A stretch of DNA of 63,609 nucleotides, counting the filler, from Conidiobolus incongruus B7586 (lineage: Eukaryota): NCBI GenBank assembly GCA_000697335.1. It is 13 parts of 13 records of this genome, joined end to end, with 100 filler letters (N's around TTAATTAATTAA, not from the genome) between each part and the next. Parts side by side here need not be neighbours in the genome. Positions count along the whole stretch, not along the records: positions 54,431 to 59,252 come from JNEM01004033.1; positions 59,353 to 60,473 come from JNEM01004034.1; positions 60,574 to 62,408 come from JNEM01004037.1; positions 62,509 to 63,609 come from JNEM01004038.1; 9 more parts are not named here. One strand, given 5' to 3'. Below, piece after piece: positions 57,204-63,609 of this stretch (positions are counted from its first letter, which is position 1; each line of letters opens with the position of its first letter). The notes below the pieces were generated by a model. That model was not told the DNA's origin. It worked only from the letters and a program-made list of their open reading frames with translations, and searched no databases. The position numbers and the translations under genes are program-made.

Positions 57204-57612
57204 TGTTATAAGTTAGGTAACTCTCCTCCTATATAAAATACTTATTTCAACTAAATATAAAGGTTATTCCCCTCTTATATAACCAACCTTTTTAATTTTA
57301 TCCTTTAATCAGCTAATAATATAACTCTCTAGAAAACTCTAAAAATCTATTACTTTATATACTATATATAGAACCCAGAAACAAAAGCTATTCTATATAG
57401 AAGGAGTTTAATCTAAATCCTCTTAACTATTTAACTTAAACTAATAAACCTCTTATCTCCTTAACTTTTACCTAAAATTCCCTAGATCACTCTTTTTTGC
57501 TTATATTATTCTAAACATAGCTTTCCCAAAACATGTTAATATAAAGATCAACTTATTATACAAAAATATTAAGACCTACTTCTTATCAATATTAGAATCA
57601 TATTATAATACA
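57204..57612 (+). mobile_element. Solo-LTR-like segment
   Basis: Starts TGTTATAAG, ends ...TTATAATACA, with an internal TATA-like run (~57363) and AATAAA (~57443). GC-richer than its flanks; no clean target-site duplication. Confidence 0.35.
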
Positions 57613-57849
57613 TAATATATTACTAAACCTTTATTATATTATATTTATATTTAATGCTAATTTTTTGTATATTTATCATTTTAGATTAATTTCTTATATA
57701 AATAAATTTAAGTTTTTAATTTATAAATAAATTTGTAATTATAAATTCTTAAATATATATATTGTAATAATTATTTATTTTTATATATTAAAATTATTAT
57801 TTTTAATTGATATAAAATTTCAATATATTTATTAATCAAGTAATTTATC

Positions 57850-58980
57850 ACCAACAAAATAATTAACCAAAATTAAGTTTTCATGTGTCTTTTAAATAAA
57901 TGGCTATATTATCAAGTGAATTCCTTTGCTTAGTCCCAAATAATTACTAGTATAAGATCCACCTAACTTTATTAGCAATGAATTTACTACAAACTATAAA
58001 AAATTTAGATAAGTTTATTAATAAAAGATAACAAATTAGTTAAAATCAAATTAAACAGCTAATAGTTGTTCAATTTATTTAATTTGAAACATGTTATTTT
58101 AATTAAATTAGTTCAGACATAATATTTGATTTAGCTTTATTAGATCTTATAATAACTTTATATGATAAAATGATTAGGGTTTATTTTATTACCTAGCTTG
58201 TAACTATTGCTCCTTATATGATAGGAAAAGTGCTCACCTATTTAAAGACTTTTTATATCAAGATAATAATGGAAATTATATTATTATAATAATTTAAAGC
58301 AATATAAATTTAATTTGTAGATTTTATAATATATTCCATAGAAAACACTATAAAAATAAGCAATTTTGAGGATAAATAACTTTAAAGATAATAACTTAAT
58401 TTATTATTTGATTATTTAATTAATTCCTTTTTTATTTAATATATTATGAAATAAATATATATATATATGTATATATATATATATTAAAATTAAAAGAATA
58501 TAAGTTAATTATAAACTTTAATAACTATATATAATTTTTACCAAAAATATTGATAATATGAAAATTATTATCATTATTGAAATTCTATAATTAAAATTTT
58601 ATTTATTTTTTAATATATATTGCAAGGTTTTTAGGAAATAGTCTTATGATAAAAATTATATAAATTTGATAAAATAGGTTAAAGTCAACTAAATAGATAT
58701 TTTAAAAAGATTTTATTAAAATGTCAAAATATAAGGCTTAGTTTTGATCAAAGTGATTATTAAGCAAATATCTATCTAATTATTATTTTATAATATAGTT
58801 AATCCTTAGCCAATATATTAAAGCAATAGTTTTTTCTATAATCTAGAATTTTCTATTAGGCAAAAGTTATTCCTGATATTTATAAATGGATTATATTTGT
58901 AATCTTGACAAATAGTTAAAATTAAAAAATAACCAAATATCCCAATCTATGATAATATTTTAAGCCTTTATAAAAAAACT
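57850..58980 (+). mobile_element. Ty3/gypsy integrase fragments
   Basis: PNFISNEF (~57962; NF.S.EF core-like) and RIFY*AKVIPDIYKWI (~58845; FYW.....DI..W zinc-finger region). The two pieces are out of canonical order, so they are probably separate fragments. Confidence 0.35.
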
Positions 58981-61900
58981 AATAAAAATAAAAAACCATA
59001 TAGTATTAAATATAATTTAATTAAAAAAAATAAGCCATTATATTAATTTGTTTAATTTTATTATATTTAAATTTATCAAATAGCTAATTATATGTTATAT
59101 CATTTTATTAATATTTTTGAAATAAAAATTTATATAATTTTATTTAACAATAGTTAATAAAATAAATTTATATTATTAGAATAAATATTTTTACTTAAAA
59201 TATAATATTTAACTAAATTGAATATTTAATACATATTAGATAATATAAAATTNNNNNNNNNNNNNNNNNNNNNNNNNNNNNNNNNNNNNNNNNNNNTTAA
59301 TTAATTAANNNNNNNNNNNNNNNNNNNNNNNNNNNNNNNNNNNNNNNNNNNNATCGAGTAATAATATAATAATGCTATCTACTATTATTAATTAATGCGT
59401 TTATTTAATTAAATAATTGATATGAGAATCATATAAATATAATAAATAATATAAATATGTCAATTTTGATTTTGTAATTTTTAATATTATATATTTTATT
59501 TTATTTTATTGATATTGGTTCTTTTAATAATTATTTGAGCTAAAATTAATATCTTTTAAATTAAAATATTAAAATTGCCTTTTATTATTATTATTTATAT
59601 ATATAATCAAAATTTTATTTAAGTTAGCTATTTTCTCTTAAAAATTTATTTAAATTATAAATAAAAGTAGGTTAAAATCTTGATTTATAATTTAAATTAA
59701 TTGTAATTCTCATTAAAATTTAGATAATATAATGAATTTATTAACTGTTTCTAATAAAATAGATTAATATTAAGAATAAAATTTTAATATCAATAGCTTA
59801 AAATTTAAGAAAAAATTAAATTTAATAATATCAATAATCATTATGTAATTTTTAACTTTAATTTGAGCTTTAATATATATTATCAAATTTTGAAATTTTA
59901 TAATGTTAAATATATAAATAAATATAAATAGTATTTAAAAGAAGATATTGTAAAAAAAATCTTATATTAAATCAATATTTAACTATAATATTGAATCATT
60001 TTAAAAGCTATAGTTTTTTTCTTTAAAATATATAAAATATATTATTATTTTACCAATTTATATTAAAATCTTTAATTATATATATAAATCCATCAAAGTA
60101 CTTATTAGTATATTAAGTTTAGGTTTATTATAATTTTTATATTAAAAATATTTAATTTAAATAAAAATGAATATTTTAATACTCTAACACTAATATATAG
60201 ATAAGATTGGATAAAATATTCAAATAATAACTCAAATTTTTCTTAAAATTATAATCTTTAATCTTGAAAAATTTGTTCCTTATTTAAGTTAATTATATAT
60301 ATATATGTGTATTTAAATTTTTATTATTAAATATCATTCATTTATTTATTCAATTTTGAATATTTGATTTTAAAATATTAAATCTTAAATTTTGTTTATT
60401 AAAAATTTAATTGATTATTAATAATTAAATTCAATTAATATTTAATAGCTTTGATTATTTAAATATCTTTTTANNNNNNNNNNNNNNNNNNNNNNNNNNN
60501 NNNNNNNNNNNNNNNNNTTAATTAATTAANNNNNNNNNNNNNNNNNNNNNNNNNNNNNNNNNNNNNNNNNNNNTAAATCTATATTAATAATTTATCAATA
60601 AAGATATTTATATTCTCTTAAGAACTTAAAAATATTTTTATTATATTTTAGTTGTCAGAAATATCAATATAAAAATATTATATTTTTATATTGGTAGTTT
60701 ATATTATTTAATTGCTATATTACTTATATAATAGAAAATTAATTATATGTCTAATATATTTATTTATTTTGGTAAAATTAAAATATATTAATAAATTCCT
60801 GGTATATAACACAATTATTATATAATTTAAATTAATATTAAATATTTAAATATATAATTTGCCTAAGATTATCAATTAATAAGAGCAATTGTTTGTGATA
60901 TAGTTTAACTAGATAAGTGTATACATATATATTAATTGATATTTTTTATATTATTTTAACAGTATAAATTCATAAACCAGTTATAATAAAATAAATATAT
61001 TTTAAGTTCTCGCATTATATTATGAAAATCATTTGAAATATATTATTCAATAATCAAAAATTAAATAAAATATATGAATTTTATTTTATTAAAAATATAA
61101 AAATTATGTTAGTCTATATAAAGAATGATTATCATAAAATTTAATCTATTTTATATAAATTATTCAAAAAAAAATATTGATAATTAATTAAATATAAATA
61201 TACATTTCAAAACAATTATTTTAATTTTTGGAAATCAAATTATTCTATTAAAAATATGATCTTTAATAATAATTATGATGAAAAATAATAATTAAACAAT
61301 TATTAAAGGATTTGTTTTATATGATGGTAATTCTCATTATCGAATTGATTATCAAATTGCCAATACTCGAACCCTATATGCAATAAAATTTGTCATAAAT
61401 CAACTAATTTTCATAAATTAATATTTTCAACTTGATAAAATATTATTTATTCAATCATTCTTGAAATTAATTAATGAAATAATAATTATATCTAATTAAC
61501 GTATTAAAGAAAGTGTATTTTAAGGGTTATTTTTCTTAGTATTAATTATTTATATTACTATTATAATTTGTTCAATTGATATTTAATCTCAAAATTTAAA
61601 TTATATCGTAAATTTTAACTTCACACTAATTCTTTTAAAGTTATTTTCTTATCTTACTTCATTATCCAATCTTGAATTTAGTAATTCATGATTTCTATGA
61701 TTTAAGTGTATATAATAATCAAGAATCTTTATTATTCAAGATATGAATATATAATATGAATAAATTTTTAGGTTTTTTTCTATATGATTGGGAGTATATA
61801 AAATATACAATGTTTGAAATTTTTGAACTAAATAATCAGTATATTTCTAATATATATTTTTTAAAATATAATCAATGATCAAAAATTTTTATATTAATAA

Positions 61901-63049
61901 TTAATTTATATTAAATCAAGCAATATACCAATTAGTTATTAAATTTAATCTATTTTCGAATATCAACATATGATTATTAAATATACATAATTTATTGCAT
62001 CAATACTCTTATATATATATATTTTCAGTGATGTTTAAGTTGGAACCTTATTATATAATAATTAATATAAATAATACAATTATTGAGTTTCAATGAATTA
62101 ATGTTTGAGAATAAAATATTGAATTTTGGGAGTTTAATATTATTGCAATTTTAATTACATAAACCCATATTTACTTTTATTTACAATTATATTTTTTCGA
62201 TTGAAAGTCTAATGATTAAATAAATTTTCTCACTTATTAATAAAAATATTAGATAAAGTAAATATTAAGACCAATAATTCAATTAATATTAATTAGTTTA
62301 TTATTAAATTATTCTTTCTTTATATTAATAGAATATAAAATTATATTTATTTTTCAAAAAATATTTAAATATTGAATATATATTTATATTAGTAATCTAT
62401 AATATGAANNNNNNNNNNNNNNNNNNNNNNNNNNNNNNNNNNNNNNNNNNNNTTAATTAATTAANNNNNNNNNNNNNNNNNNNNNNNNNNNNNNNNNNNN
62501 NNNNNNNNTTTATATTTATTATAATTTTATTATTAAAATATTAATATAAAAATTAAATTTAAATATTAATATAATTATTTTAAAAATTAATATTTTTCTT
62601 TATTATTAATAACTCTTTATTATACTTATAAGTATAATAGTAAAAATTACCAATATAATATAAAGGAATATTTAATATAAAAGTAATATAACACAAAATA
62701 TCAAAATATAAAATAAAAAAATAAATAAAGTTTAATTAAGATTTAAACTAAAATAAGTCACTAATATATTAGAATTTATACTAGATAGTGCTAATATATT
62801 ATAATATTGATAAAATATAGTTTCAATCTTAAATATAATAGAAAAAATCAGAAATAATAAGAATTGAGAGAAAAAAAAACCTAATTTATTAAATAACTTA
62901 ATATTATTTATATAATTAATTTGACTATATAAGTATAAATTAATTATATAATTTATAATTAATTAAACTATAAAAAAATATATATAAGAATTTAAAGAGT
63001 TAGTCTCTTAATATCTTTTAATAAATCCTTTAAAAAACATATATTCTTT

Positions 63050-63609
63050 AGATTTTTACAAATAGGTATAATAAGTTAAAATATTTATAATATTTTTCAT
63101 AAGTTTTTATATAATTTTTTAATAAGATAACTTATCTATTTTATATAAAAATAAAGCTTATTCCTAATCAATATAGATTTAATTATATAATTAACAAAGT
63201 ATTTTTTTAATTTAATCAATCATTATATCTAGTTTTAAAACTTTTAATTAATTAAAAAATATATTAAAATATTTAAAATAAGGTTTGATTTTAGATATAT
63301 GAAAGATAAAATTAATCTTTAAAGTTAAAGATAATTTTAAAATAATATTTTTAAAATTTTAATCAATTAATTTAATTTTATAAGAATTATAATATAAAGA
63401 TAAGTATTTTAAATTTAAACTAGATTTTTTTAAATAAACAAACATATTAGTTTTATATTTAAGAGGATTTTTAAATAACTTTAAATATTATTATTTTATA
63501 ATCTTTTAATATTTTTCTAAATTATATCTAATAAAGGAATTAATATACTTGATGTTAAATTAAAATTTAATAATATTTAAAGGTAAATTAATTTAAAGTT
63601 TTAAAATAA
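63050..63609 (-). mobile_element. Hypermutated Ty3/gypsy chromovirus integrase C-terminus (GPY/F region plus chromodomain)
   Basis: The minus strand reads YYNSYKI...LKLSLTLKINFIFHISKIKPY (GPY...LP..LKIHPVFHVS..KPY after reversion), followed by KKYFVNYII...YFYIK*ISYLIKK (EEY.V..I...YVKW.GYP.EE). Confidence 0.65.

Noticed and set aside
1..63609. Organellar, viral or prokaryotic origin suggested by the extreme AT content
   Set aside because: Spliceosomal introns, a GATOR1 gene, a GPI-type protein and eukaryotic transposons indicate nuclear eukaryotic DNA. No tRNA, rRNA or respiratory genes were seen.

Overview
Very AT-rich, gene-sparse eukaryotic sequence, most likely fungal. GT-AG introns, an Iml1/DEPDC5 homologue and fungal-type transposon relics support this; an early-diverging lineage is my inference only. 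Twelve identical 100-nt artificial joins (N44-TTAATTAATTAA-N44) interrupt the window, so adjacency across them is not guaranteed. Contents: (1) a dispersed cluster of small (~100-135 aa) paralogous proteins I do not recognise, sharing a C-terminal H-x-K-G-[YF]...F-D-x-x-[IV]-x-x-G-F...T-L-x-[LM]-[TS]-L-T-P motif. Intact copies are at 1246, 4697(-) and 31976, a probably spliced or degenerate copy is at 17277, and a likely relic is at ~11.9-12.2 kb. (2) A ~4.6 kb IML1/SEA1/DEPDC5 (GATOR1) pseudogene with many stops and frameshifts. (3) A three-exon 121-aa orphan gene (45117-45680) missed by the ORF track. (4) A secreted, Cys-rich, probably GPI-anchored protein (46898-47650, -). (5) Many transposon relics that become readable only after reversing massive C>T/G>A (RIP-like) mutation: a full-length Tc1 (DD34E) element with long TIRs and a TA duplication plus three partial copies, three mariner-type copies, and Ty3/gypsy RT, integrase and chromodomain fragments. 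No rRNA, tRNA or CRISPR array was seen.
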